Part shown: positions 18,465-27,513 of the stretch, piece after piece
Numbering within the stretch: position 1 is the first letter of the stretch
How the letters are laid out: the number at the start of each line of letters is the position of its first letter
From: a virus
Taxonomy: Duplodnaviria > Caudoviricetes
Length of the DNA: 34,943 nt
Virus record (IMG/VR): IMGVR_UViG_3300021121_000016
Location: 1 to 34,943 of that record
Direction: 5' to 3' (one strand)
Made by a program: the position numbers and the translations under genes
Notes under the pieces: model-generated
The model's database searches: none
What the model saw: the letters and a program-made list of their open reading frames with translations, nothing else
Told to the model about the DNA's origin: nothing

Positions 18465-18524
18465 AGTAACTGTTGTATGTTGTAGATTTATTAGATAAAC
18501 CATTAAACTTATGAGGTGATATAT

Positions 18525-18737
18525 ATGAGTCAGGAAGAATACTCTCAACTCTATTTAGAGAGACAACGGTTGCTAGAAGATGCAATCATTCGGGCAGAAA
18601 ACAATCAAGCCAGTCAAGAAGATTACGACATCATACGGTTTGAGTCAGGTTTACCATCAAAGAGAAAATCACATTCTAGTCAAGTATTGGAAGATGTGTT
18701 CTCGGACTGGTCAAACATCTTTGGAGGGTCAAAATAA
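18525..18737 (+). CDS. Hypothetical protein
   Basis: GAGGTG RBS before ATG 18525. Confidence 0.8.
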   Translation: MSQEEYSQLYLERQRLLEDAIIRAENNQASQEDYDIIRFESGLPSKRKSHSSQVLEDVFSDWSNIFGGSK

Positions 18738-18931
18738 TGGCTACTAGAGGCGGACCTAAGAAGATATTAGATAACGACTATGATTTCTATGTAGAGAAGA
18801 TTAAACAATTAGAAGAAGTAGAAACCAATCTAAAAAGACAACTCGATGAAAAAGACAATGAGTTAGGTTCTCTTGAAGATGAATTAGACCATCTCAAAGA
18901 GATTATTAAATCTTTAGCGGAGGTTCTATGA
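18737..18931 (+). CDS. Coiled-coil acidic protein
   Basis: GGAGG RBS, heptad pattern. Confidence 0.8.
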   Translation: MATRGGPKKILDNDYDFYVEKIKQLEEVETNLKRQLDEKDNELGSLEDELDHLKEIIKSLAEVL

Positions 18932-19134
18932 AATTCTGTAAAGACTGTAAACATTTTGCTGACTATTCTTTTGGTAAGACGTGCAATAGTCCCAAATTAG
19001 GTTTTGATATGGTCATGGGTGAACCTAAGTTTATGGATGCCTATAAAAATCGTATGTTGAGATTTGATTCTTTGAAAGACTATTGTTCTCCTGAAGGTAA
19101 TTGGTTTGAACCAAAGGAGGTTACAAATGGCTAA
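18928..19134 (+). CDS. Small Cys-rich phage protein
   Basis: MKFCKDCKHF...CSPEGNWFEPK. Confidence 0.8.
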   Translation: MKFCKDCKHFADYSFGKTCNSPKLGFDMVMGEPKFMDAYKNRMLRFDSLKDYCSPEGNWFEPKEVTNG

Positions 19135-20029
19135 CGATAGAAATGATTTTGCACCAGAGATACGCAATAGTGCTTGGTGGGCTTCTGATACCCGTCAGGC
19201 AGTCAATGGTAAAGGTGTTGAGGTCGTATTAACTAAACAAGGAACAATTCCTCCTGTTGACTTATCTGAGGTAGAAGCGGTCCAGATGGGTCATGTCATG
19301 CAACCTGTTATCGGACGATTGACGAGTGAACGATTAAAGATGGAGATTAAAGATGCTGACTATAGTCTTACTCATCCTCGTGAGTCTTGGTTTAGGTCTC
19401 ACTTTGATTTTATCTCTGCTGATGGTTCTACTCTCATTGAGGCTAAGAATTATAATAGTGCTGTTCGTAATAAGTTCGATGTGGATACTAATCGAATTCC
19501 ACAAGCTGACTATGCACAATTAGTCCATGAAGCAGCAGTCCATAATGTTTCTCATGTTTACCTAGCAGTCCTCTTCGGTGGTCAAGAGTTTCATACCTTT
19601 GAGTTCCATATTACAGACCAAGAGAAGGATGAGCTGATACAGAAGATGGCAGTCTATTGGGGTCATGTGCAGAACGGTTCACAACCTCCAGCAGAGACCA
19701 TTGAACAGACTAAATTACTTTATCCAGTATCCAATGAGAACGCTATTATGGCAAGTCTTAACATGGAGAAAGGGATTACACATCTCAAGCAAATGAAAGA
19801 ACAAATCAAACAGATGGAGGCTCAGGCAGAGGAGATAGAAACCTATCTCAGAGACCAGATGGGTAACTGTTCAGAGATTAGGTCAGTCAGTGGTGATGTA
19901 TTGGTGACATGGAGAAGTTCTAAGTCCTCTAAACGATTTAGTCCTACTCTCTTTCAATCCGCTATGCCGGACATCTATAACCAATTCGTTGTCGAACAAG
20001 CAGGTTCGAGGAGGTTCTTAATCAAATGA
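19127..20029 (+). CDS. YqaJ-like (lambda-exonuclease family) recombination nuclease
   Basis: AGGAGG RBS; 'MGHVMQPVI', 'HP...SHFDF...LIEAKN', 'IPQADYAQL', 'LAVLFGG'. Confidence 0.85.
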   Translation: MANDRNDFAPEIRNSAWWASDTRQAVNGKGVEVVLTKQGTIPPVDLSEVEAVQMGHVMQPVIGRLTSERLKMEIKDADYSLTHPRESWFRSHFDFISADGSTLIEAKNYNSAVRNKFDVDTNRIPQADYAQLVHEAAVHNVSHVYLAVLFGGQEFHTFEFHITDQEKDELIQKMAVYWGHVQNGSQPPAETIEQTKLLYPVSNENAIMASLNMEKGITHLKQMKEQIKQMEAQAEEIETYLRDQMGNCSEIRSVSGDVLVTWRSSKSSKRFSPTLFQSAMPDIYNQFVVEQAGSRRFLIK

Positions 20030-20280
20030 AACCACATAAACACGCAGATTTAATTAAAGCATGGGCTGATGGTGCAATTATTCAATATAAAGATTATGCA
20101 GGAAAATGGAATGATTTTGAACCAATTACTCATGCAAGTTGGCACGATAATATGGAGTATCGCATTAAACCTGAGCCTAGACGCATTAAAGATACGTATA
20201 TTGCTAACATTCTGTTGAAACTTACCATAGAACAAGATGGTCCAATGCTTACGTTTACTAACGTGGAGTTGATGAAATGA
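20026..20280 (+). CDS. Conserved phage hypothetical protein
   Basis: MKPHKHADLIKAWADGAIIQ...EYRIKP motif. Confidence 0.8.
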   Translation: MKPHKHADLIKAWADGAIIQYKDYAGKWNDFEPITHASWHDNMEYRIKPEPRRIKDTYIANILLKLTIEQDGPMLTFTNVELMK

Positions 20281-20363
20281 ACAACATAGATATAGCAATA
20301 TGGGTGATGACTGCTAGTTCAGTCATTGATACTGCCCTAACACTATTAGAAAGGTTTATATGA
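20277..20363 (+). CDS. 28-aa hydrophobic peptide
   Basis: GGAG RBS, ATGA overlaps at both ends. Confidence 0.6.
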   Translation: MNNIDIAIWVMTASSVIDTALTLLERFI

Positions 20364-20539
20364 AAATATGCACCGTTATATTTGATGAAAGAGATGTTCT
20401 TTCGGAAATAAAAGTTTTATATTCAGAAGATTTTTTTCTAAAAAACGAGTTAGATATGCGAGAACATATTTTGTATCAGATGTGTTCAAAATTTAATAAA
20501 GAATATAAAGAAATATCGAAGGAGGATTTTGATGAGTAA
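20360..20539 (+). CDS. Hypothetical protein (59 aa, MKICTVIFDE)
   Basis: AAAGG RBS, fills the gap before the RecT-like gene. Confidence 0.65.
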   Translation: MKICTVIFDERDVLSEIKVLYSEDFFLKNELDMREHILYQMCSKFNKEYKEISKEDFDE

Positions 20540-21371
20540 TATTGTCAGTTTCAACGATATGCAGAGTATGGCAGAAGCTATTGCTAAAAGTGGTTTGTTT
20601 GGCATGAAAGACACCAATTCTGTATTAGCTCTCATGGCAGTCGCACAAGCTGAAGGATTACATCCAGCTACGGCAGCTAGAGATTTTCACATCATCCAAG
20701 GTCGTCCAGCTCTAAAAGCAGACGCAATGTTAGCGAGGTTTCAAAATGCAGGAGGAAAAGTTGACTGGACAGAATATACAGATGCAAGAGTTACTGGAGT
20801 CTTTACTCATCCGAACGGTGGAAGTCTCGCAGTTAGTTGGACTATTGAACAAGCTACAAAGATTGGTCTTGTTAAGCCCGGTAGCGGATGGCAAAAGTTT
20901 CCACGTGCCATGCTCAGAAGTCGCTGTATTTCTGAAGGAATACGAAGCGTTTTTCCGGGAAGCGTCACAGGTTTCTACAGTCCAGAAGAGGTCTCAGACT
21001 TCAACGACCCTCCAATAAAAGATATAACCCCGACTAAAACGGCAATAGAAGCCACTAAGAAGGATTTATTGATTGAGATGGAGAATGACTATCCGGATGA
21101 AATAGAAGCTCCTGTAGAGGGTTCTATGGCTTTGATGCTACCAGATGGTACGGTGTATTCAAAACATCATACCCTGAACGACTGGATGGATGCCTACATC
21201 ACTCTATTTGTAAAGGTTCGGGACTCTAAAAAGTATGAAGGAAAAGAGAAACAAGACAAGATTATTGCTCTCAAGCAATGTAATCAAATGTTGTTGTCTC
21301 GTCTTGATATTACTCAAAACATTGACTTAGCAAGGAGGACACAACCCCAAGAGTCAAAGTCGCAGAGCTAA
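20532..21371 (+). CDS. RecT/Redbeta-like single-strand annealing protein
   Basis: AGGAGG RBS; 'HIIQGRPAL', 'WQKFPRAMLRSRCIS...FP...GFYSPEE'; close to YqaJ. Confidence 0.8.
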   Translation: MSNIVSFNDMQSMAEAIAKSGLFGMKDTNSVLALMAVAQAEGLHPATAARDFHIIQGRPALKADAMLARFQNAGGKVDWTEYTDARVTGVFTHPNGGSLAVSWTIEQATKIGLVKPGSGWQKFPRAMLRSRCISEGIRSVFPGSVTGFYSPEEVSDFNDPPIKDITPTKTAIEATKKDLLIEMENDYPDEIEAPVEGSMALMLPDGTVYSKHHTLNDWMDAYITLFVKVRDSKKYEGKEKQDKIIALKQCNQMLLSRLDITQNIDLARRTQPQESKSQS

Positions 21372-21388
21372 CCGGAAAGACTCAGAAG

Positions 21389-21577
21389 ATGAGAATTCTA
21401 CGGTGGTTACAAAGTAAACCAATTACACCGATGGATGCTCTTCAACATATTGGGTCGATGCGGTTAGCTGCACATATAGAAGTATTAAGAAAAGAAGGTT
21501 ACAACATCTATACCGAAGATGTAAAAAGTAACGGTAAACATTTTGCAAGGTATCACTTAAACAAGGAGAATTTATGA
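21389..21577 (+). CDS. Winged HTH protein (HTH_39-like); may be translated as a RecT fusion
   Basis: 'RILRWLQSKPITPMDAL..MRLAAHIEVLRKEGYNI'. Confidence 0.75.
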   Translation: MRILRWLQSKPITPMDALQHIGSMRLAAHIEVLRKEGYNIYTEDVKSNGKHFARYHLNKENL

Positions 21578-21828
21578 GCAGTCACATTCCAAAAGAAGGT
21601 CGTGGAGTTTTATTTCAAAACCTCGAAAAGAAAACAGAAACACATCCAGACTATAAAGGTCAGGTCATGGTCGAAGGTAAAATTATCAGATTGTCAGCAT
21701 GGAAAAAAGTTCATGCCAACGGTCATCTGTTTTCACTTTCAGTAATGAAAACTCCTCAAGAAATGGAAAGAGAAACGATAGAGTATCCAAGAGAAGTGAA
21801 ACGTAATGATGATGACGTACCATTCTAA
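21574..21828 (+). CDS. Putative ssDNA-binding protein
   Basis: AGGAG RBS; 'HPDYKG', 'LSAWKK', SSB-like C-terminus DDDVPF. Confidence 0.65.
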   Translation: MSSHIPKEGRGVLFQNLEKKTETHPDYKGQVMVEGKIIRLSAWKKVHANGHLFSLSVMKTPQEMERETIEYPREVKRNDDDVPF

Positions 21829-21837
21829 AGTATTGAT

Positions 21838-22209
21838 TTGATTATCCTTTATCTTCCCTATCCGCCTAGTGTAAACAATTATTGGATTACTTCCGGTAAC
21901 CGTAAGTTTCTTTCTAAGCGTGGTAGGGAATTTAAAGAACAAGTCGTAGCTTATGTCATTGAAAAGAATGTTCCAAAGTTAGGTGAGATGGCAGTACAAA
22001 TAGATATTATTCTGAGACCTAGAAATAAGCGACTCATGGATATAGATAATAGTTGTAAGGCAATACTCGATTCAATCCAAGACGCAGGAATTATTGACGA
22101 TGACAGTCAGGTATGGAAGTTAACTATTGAACGAGGGATTACACACACTGGGGGTAGTTGTGTCGTAATGATAGAAGAATATAAGGAACATAAAAATGAC
22201 AGCAAATGA
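21838..22209 (+). CDS. rusA: RusA-like Holliday junction resolvase
   Basis: LPYPPSVNNYW, DIDN..KAILDSI...IDDDSQV. Confidence 0.9.
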   Translation: MIILYLPYPPSVNNYWITSGNRKFLSKRGREFKEQVVAYVIEKNVPKLGEMAVQIDIILRPRNKRLMDIDNSCKAILDSIQDAGIIDDDSQVWKLTIERGITHTGGSCVVMIEEYKEHKNDSK

Positions 22210-22783
22210 ATTAGCACAATTAATTGAAGATGCATACCCAAGAGGTTTTGTAAAAGATGCTGCTAATATGCTACGTCAGCAAGAAGCAGTTTTATTAGCA
22301 GAGCAAGAACACAATGAAATGTTAATCGCTGAAATTGAAGCGTTGAAAAAAGAAGCCGCACTACAAAGGTTATCTGACTTTACACAAGAAGCTGAATCAT
22401 TTGACCGCACCGCTAGCCACATGGCTGATGAGTATGTTTCTTACAATGAACCAGTAGCGTGGATGTTTGAAAAAGATGGTGCATATATGTGCATTAAACA
22501 CGACAACAGAGTTAATTATGATGATGGTATTCCACTCTACACCCATCCAGCAAAGACACTATCAGATGAGGATTTGATTGAATCGTTAGCTGAATTGGAG
22601 CATCAACAATGGATGAAATGGGCTGACACCATTATGCAAACTGAAAAGATAAGTGATAACAGGTTTGCAAGATGGGCTAGTTGCATGATTCCTTATGCTG
22701 AATTGTCCGAAGAAATGAAAGAGTTTGACAGGGAGTGGGCTAGAAAAGCATTAGCAATATTAAGAAAGGCACAAGAGAAATGA
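22196..22783 (+). CDS. Mosaic protein with a C-terminal RyR-repeat-like domain
   Basis: EPVAW...PLYTHP module, then 'LAELEHQQWM...IPYAELSEEMKEFDR'. Confidence 0.7.
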   Translation: MTANELAQLIEDAYPRGFVKDAANMLRQQEAVLLAEQEHNEMLIAEIEALKKEAALQRLSDFTQEAESFDRTASHMADEYVSYNEPVAWMFEKDGAYMCIKHDNRVNYDDGIPLYTHPAKTLSDEDLIESLAELEHQQWMKWADTIMQTEKISDNRFARWASCMIPYAELSEEMKEFDREWARKALAILRKAQEK

Positions 22784-22968
22784 GAACAATTGCACCAACA
22801 AATAGATTACGTTTTGTTGAAAGAGTAATCCCTAGCCATGATGTTGAAGCAGGTCGCAAAGTAAAAATACTTCAACAATGGTGGAATTATCAAATGTTAT
22901 CAGACAATTCTGGTTGGGTTCCGATTGAAGGTGGTGAATGGCGAGATGTACCTTTAGAAAGCGAGTGA
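22780..22968 (+). CDS. Conserved phage hypothetical protein
   Basis: LRFVER...ILQQWW...GEWRDVP. Confidence 0.75.
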   Translation: MRTIAPTNRLRFVERVIPSHDVEAGRKVKILQQWWNYQMLSDNSGWVPIEGGEWRDVPLESE

Positions 22969-22976
22969 AGTGAGAA

Positions 22977-23729
22977 ATGATTGAAGAAAAGAAACCAAAA
23001 ATATTTGTTGGGACTCCTATGTATGGTGGGATGTGTCATGGAGTTTATGCACAGTCCATGCTGACAACACCGGCAACATTAAATAACAACAACATCGAAT
23101 GTGTCTTTAGTTTTATGTTTAATGAGTCGCTCATCCAACGAGCTAGAAACGCACTAAGCAATATGTTTTTACGAACAGACTGTACACACTTGATGTTTAT
23201 TGATTCAGACATTCGTTACAATCCGGATGACATCGTACACATGGTCAACGCAGACAAGGAGGTTATTTGTGGCATCTATCCAAAGAAAGAGATTAACTGG
23301 GACAGTGTTAAAACTGCAATGGATAACGGTGTTTCTAAAGATAAGCTCAAGCATCATACTGGTAGCTTTGTTGTTAACCTTGTAGACTACGCTTCTCAAG
23401 TTACCGTACCAATGAATGAGCCGGTAGAAATATGGAATGGTGGTACTGGTTTTATGCTTATCAAAAGAGAAGTATTAGAGAAGCTGCAAGGAGTTGTTAA
23501 GTCTTACGTCAATGATGTACACGACCTTGCCGGTGAATTGAAAAGAGACCGTATCCATGAGTTCTTCCCAGTCTTTATTGAAGAAGGTACAGAACGTCTC
23601 TTATCTGAGGACTATGGCTTCTGTAAGATAGCTAGAGATAACGGTATCAAGATATGGGCTGGTCCGTGGATTAACCTAGCTCACATGGGTAGCTATGTGT
23701 TTGAGGGACAACTTGTACAACAGCCTTAA
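22977..23729 (+). CDS. Glycosyltransferase-like (GT-A fold) protein
   Basis: 'HLMFIDSD' DxD motif, 'GTGFMLIKR', 'LSEDYGFC'. Confidence 0.75.
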   Translation: MIEEKKPKIFVGTPMYGGMCHGVYAQSMLTTPATLNNNNIECVFSFMFNESLIQRARNALSNMFLRTDCTHLMFIDSDIRYNPDDIVHMVNADKEVICGIYPKKEINWDSVKTAMDNGVSKDKLKHHTGSFVVNLVDYASQVTVPMNEPVEIWNGGTGFMLIKREVLEKLQGVVKSYVNDVHDLAGELKRDRIHEFFPVFIEEGTERLLSEDYGFCKIARDNGIKIWAGPWINLAHMGSYVFEGQLVQQP

Positions 23730-23950
23730 CGACATCCCCAGCGTCTACGGGCAGCCTTACCTCTTGGACCTTTCCAGTTTTTAGAGCGACTGCAGAATGA
23801 TTTATGTCTGGGTCCTGACTTCTGCGGTGCTTTTAGGTTGCTGCCTGTTGCTCGGTTATACTTCTTTCGTCCTTTGGCAGTCAAACCGCCTCCTGAAGAA
23901 ACGGATAGCTTTTCTCCTCTCCCAACAGAAAGGTTCGGCTTATTTGACAT
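23726..23950 (-). CDS. Small basic phage protein (DUF6321-like)
   Basis: GGLTAKGRKKYNRATGSNLKAP...KSFCSR; AGGAG RBS. Confidence 0.75.
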   Translation of the reverse strand: MSNKPNLSVGRGEKLSVSSGGGLTAKGRKKYNRATGSNLKAPQKSGPRHKSFCSRSKNWKGPRGKAARRRWGCR

Positions 23951-24518
23951 TCAAATAACTCCTTACTTTATCAAGTATTTCTAATTGTTGTGGTGTGTAA
24001 TATGATTTTGCTTCTTCTTCAGGACCAAATTGTTTGAATGTATATCCTCTAAACAATTCCGGCATACCTGTCATTCTTTGCCACTCCGATTGGTCTCGAT
24101 TCTCACCTAAATTTTCTTTGTGAAATGCGTATCTATTTGCCATTTGTTCAGGTGAGGTAACATTTTGAAATTGTTGATAAAATTGCATCAATTGAGGGTC
24201 ATTTTCTACACCATGATGACTAACATAATCAGCAAGAATATCTATTGGTTTTACGCTCGGATTAAAAACTTGAATACCTATCTTTCCTTGTGGGAAAAAT
24301 TCAGGTCTTTCAGTTTCGTCCGGACGTACAAATTCTAATTGACGCTCTTCTGTTATATCTGGAGTATATTTATAAACAATATCTTTATCAGCTAAATACG
24401 GATATTGTTTTTGTGCTTCTTGTAATAAAGAATCGCCTTTTTGCGTATTTAAAAAATCAAATGCAGGACTCGCATTTTGTCCTTGCATAACTCCTATAAC
24501 ATCGGCATCACTTGGCAT
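23940..24518 (-). CDS. Hypothetical protein
   Basis: 192 aa, GGGAG RBS. Confidence 0.75.
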   Translation of the reverse strand: MPSDADVIGVMQGQNASPAFDFLNTQKGDSLLQEAQKQYPYLADKDIVYKYTPDITEERQLEFVRPDETERPEFFPQGKIGIQVFNPSVKPIDILADYVSHHGVENDPQLMQFYQQFQNVTSPEQMANRYAFHKENLGENRDQSEWQRMTGMPELFRGYTFKQFGPEEEAKSYYTPQQLEILDKVRSYLNVK

Positions 24519-24550
24519 TTGACGCTCCCGGACATCCTAGTACCCAATGA

Positions 24551-25066
24551 TTATCCAATCATACTCTCCGATATGGTTTTCACTTCAGCCACACGATTTA
24601 ACCAACCTGCACCGAACGTACTAAATGCACTTAATGATTTGTAAAATTCGGTTTTTTCAGCAGCAAAATTTTCTAACAAAGAGCGTGTATTGGCTTGATT
24701 GACAGCTTGTAATGTACCTTGTCCTATCACACCGTCAGCAGCAACACCAACAGACTCTTGTAATAATTTAGATGCTCTACCAACACCCATGTTTACAGCA
24801 GCATCAAATACAGCGTAATCAACACCACTAGGTAAGTCATCACCATGAACCTTATCCCAATAGAGTTGTTTGTATAAGTCATGTACATCTTCGTCACTAA
24901 TGTTTTTTAAATCATCTTTTGTAAGATATTGATTACGTTTCCATTCTTTAAAAACCGCAAAGGTAATTCCTTTCATCGTAGCTCCTCCCGGGTCAAGAGG
25001 GTTGTCACTCCACAATCCCTCGCTCTTGAGAACGTGCGCTAATGAGGACTCGTAATTTTCTTTCAT
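24551..25066 (-). CDS. Endolysin, glycoside hydrolase family 108 with peptidoglycan-binding domain
   Basis: SEGLWSDNPLDPGGATMKGIT; FDAAVNMG; ADGVIG; FGAGWLNRV. Confidence 0.92.
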   Translation of the reverse strand: MKENYESSLAHVLKSEGLWSDNPLDPGGATMKGITFAVFKEWKRNQYLTKDDLKNISDEDVHDLYKQLYWDKVHGDDLPSGVDYAVFDAAVNMGVGRASKLLQESVGVAADGVIGQGTLQAVNQANTRSLLENFAAEKTEFYKSLSAFSTFGAGWLNRVAEVKTISESMIG

Positions 25067-25554
25067 GTCGGTGTACTTTGATGTAATAGTTCATCTTTCT
25101 TTTGACTACCGGCAGATGAACCAAAGTAAAAAGATAAAATACCAGCCCAGCCGGTTGATAACGAACCTAACATAATCATTAACTCATCTGACTTAGTGGC
25201 ATATCCAGTCATCAAAGCAAATAAAATACCGAAGAATCCTGCTGTAACGATGACGGACAATGTTGGTGGCAACCATGAATGAGTTGCTGTTTGCATCTCT
25301 CTTGCAGATTTACGGTCATCTACTGCAAGTTTTTCAAAATCTAAACCTAATTCTTGCGCCCTTGCTTGCAATTGAACCTCAGCTTGTTTCAGACTTGCCA
25401 ACTGGTCAGCAGATAATTTACCAGACTCAATCGTTGATTGAACATCTTTTTCATCAATACCGAGAGCTTTAGATACGGCAGTAACAGCAAGTCCTGCAAG
25501 TGGACCACCCAATGCAGTAGCAATTCCGGGAGCAATTTGAGCTAACCAATCCAT
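25063..25554 (-). CDS. Holin-like membrane protein
   Basis: 'DRKSAREMQ', two TM helices, 'SFYFGSS'; ATGA-coupled to the endolysin. Confidence 0.75.
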   Translation of the reverse strand: MDWLAQIAPGIATALGGPLAGLAVTAVSKALGIDEKDVQSTIESGKLSADQLASLKQAEVQLQARAQELGLDFEKLAVDDRKSAREMQTATHSWLPPTLSVIVTAGFFGILFALMTGYATKSDELMIMLGSLSTGWAGILSFYFGSSAGSQKKDELLHQSTPT

Positions 25555-25555
25555 A

Positions 25556-25633
25556 TCAATCCTTTAAGAGAATAATTAACATCATACAAATTAACGCAAA
25601 AATTGTCCACCATTTGAATATGTCATCATCCAC
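25556..25633 (-). CDS. 25-aa single-TM peptide
   Basis: GTG start: MDDDIFKWWTIFALICMMLIILLKD; fills the gap. Confidence 0.5.
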   Translation of the reverse strand: MDDDIFKWWTIFALICMMLIILLKD

Positions 25634-25796
25634 GCACAATTTCTTTCTTGGTTCGTTCTTCCGTTACGGTTCGTGTTATCTTAAATTTTATCGGCTTACG
25701 TTTTAATTGTTTAATTTCCCAATCTAAAAACACAATGTAAGCAATGAGAAATAACTCAATCAAAAATACAGCAAACCAATACAACACCCAGTTCAT
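25626..25796 (-). CDS. 56-aa protein, N-terminal TM and basic tail
   Basis: ATGA overlap; MNWVLYWFAVFLIELFLIAYIVFL... Confidence 0.65.
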   Translation of the reverse strand: MNWVLYWFAVFLIELFLIAYIVFLDWEIKQLKRKPIKFKITRTVTEERTKKEIVRG

Positions 25797-26242
25797 ACAA
25801 GTTTAAAATAATACAAAAGACAGGTTACTACAAAAGCAGCAAACCAACAATATAGCTGTACTCTCTGAACATCTTTTAATTTATGTCCGTAATACAGTTT
25901 ATTCTCTTTACGTTCTCTTTCCACAACAGTTTTTAACTCTAATACCTTAGACCATTCCTTTTCACCATACTTGCCTTTAAAGTCTTTTTCTGCTTTATTT
26001 TCTGCTATGATAATTGCTTTTTGCGATTCATACTCTTCAATCGCTTGATATATAAGAGAATTTTCTCTTACTTCTTCTAGGAGTTTTTTCTTTTTGAGTT
26101 GTTGTAACTCTTGTTGAGCCACATCCAAGGCATCGTGTTGGATACCTTCTATTGTTTTAGTAAGCTCTTTACCAGCTTCTCTGGTGGAGTTGAGACTCTC
26201 AGATAGTCCCTTGACTCCACTCGCAATTCCGTAATCTTCCAT
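25793..26242 (-). CDS. Coiled-coil protein with C-terminal TM
   Basis: 149 aa, upstream of the lysis genes. Confidence 0.75.
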   Translation of the reverse strand: MEDYGIASGVKGLSESLNSTREAGKELTKTIEGIQHDALDVAQQELQQLKKKKLLEEVRENSLIYQAIEEYESQKAIIIAENKAEKDFKGKYGEKEWSKVLELKTVVERERKENKLYYGHKLKDVQRVQLYCWFAAFVVTCLLYYFKLV

Positions 26243-26276
26243 CTGTTAACCTACGCATATAGATTAACCCCCGATA

Positions 26277-27068
26277 TTAATACCCTGCCGATGTTGTTTC
26301 GTTCAGTATTAAGACACCGCCTATATTAACACTGACTACCGCTGCTGTCGCTACACTACTTGCAACTTGAAATCTTAAATCTGTTCCGGCAGCATAAGGG
26401 AATGGATAGTGTCTTTGTACTTCATAAGTCGTATTAAACGGAGTTTGAACAATTACACGCTGTACACCTGAAGAAAGATTGGTTAATGCACGATACGTTG
26501 TGTAGTTTGCCGTATTACCATTAAAACTAGAATACGCACCGTATCTCCAACCATAAAATGTATAGCCGGTAGGAACAGTATAAACAGCCATTTGAGATGT
26601 CCCAATACTTTCTGTTACACCATTGACAGTTGTTGTATTAATTTGTGCATATATGGTTGTACTCACAGACAATGTCACTACACCTGTAGGATTGGTAGCT
26701 GAACCAGTCGACACATACATACTATTGATTCTAAAGTAACTATTTACAGTCGTTACATTCGTTGTACCATTTAGCACTAAATTTTCTGTAAGAATGTTGT
26801 AATTGGCATCTAATCCAGAAATAGTAATTGTTGCAGTATCCGTATTGACTGTACTGACTAATGTCATTGTAGAAGCAGAGGTAGGAAACACATAGTCAGT
26901 AGTTGACATATTTTCCCATACGGTTCTAAATACACCAGCAGTAGCAGAAGTTGTTCCATACGCAAAGATGTTTTGTGGAGCATGGTATGGAATTTGACCT
27001 CTTGATACTTGTAACTCAAAAGACTCAGTCCTGCCATGTTGTGACATTGAAAATGATGACTGTGCCAT
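26277..27068 (-). CDS. Beta-rich virion structural protein (putative)
   Basis: 263 aa, Thr/Ser/Val-rich, GGTGA RBS. Confidence 0.7.
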   Translation of the reverse strand: MAQSSFSMSQHGRTESFELQVSRGQIPYHAPQNIFAYGTTSATAGVFRTVWENMSTTDYVFPTSASTMTLVSTVNTDTATITISGLDANYNILTENLVLNGTTNVTTVNSYFRINSMYVSTGSATNPTGVVTLSVSTTIYAQINTTTVNGVTESIGTSQMAVYTVPTGYTFYGWRYGAYSSFNGNTANYTTYRALTNLSSGVQRVIVQTPFNTTYEVQRHYPFPYAAGTDLRFQVASSVATAAVVSVNIGGVLILNETTSAGY

Positions 27069-27073
27069 TTATA

Positions 27074-27289
27074 TCACCATTTATTGTTTTTAGTTTCTGG
27101 TTTGTCTGTAGGAGAGCGTTTAGTATCTGTATTTCCACTAAAGTCCCATACAGCAGTAAAACCAGAAGGAGGACGTTTACCCGGAATGTGATAATTCACA
27201 CCGCCAGCACTACCGTCACGTGGTAACTGTGGACGTACAGATTTAGCTATCTGTTGATTGACTTCACTCGGTCTTTTCGCTTCTTTCAT
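27074..27289 (-). CDS. Small basic protein (71 aa, MKEAKRP)
   Basis: GGAGAG RBS before ATG 27289. Confidence 0.7.
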   Translation of the reverse strand: MKEAKRPSEVNQQIAKSVRPQLPRDGSAGGVNYHIPGKRPPSGFTAVWDFSGNTDTKRSPTDKPETKNNKW

Positions 27290-27479
27290 TTTTACTCTCC
27301 ATTTTAATAAGTAAAATATAACTGTAGATACTAAATAACGCAACCACAATCACTCTCTCATACTTTGGGTCCCACATCGTCCAACAACATAATCCAAAAC
27401 TCAGACTTAATCCAAGAATAGTTAATAACCGGTCTGAGATGACCCCTAACGCTATACGCACGACAGCAACTGCATCCAT
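27264..27479 (-). CDS. Two-TM membrane protein
   Basis: GGGGG RBS; two hydrophobic stretches. Confidence 0.7.
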   Translation of the reverse strand: MDAVAVVRIALGVISDRLLTILGLSLSFGLCCWTMWDPKYERVIVVALFSIYSYILLIKMESKNERSEKTE

Positions 27480-27513
27480 GTAAACCCCCGTTTTGATGAT
27501 TGATATTCACATT

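Noticed and set aside
16265-20539. Four ORFs of exactly 59 aa
   Set aside because: Sequences are unrelated; likely chance plus my search just below the ORF-track cut-off
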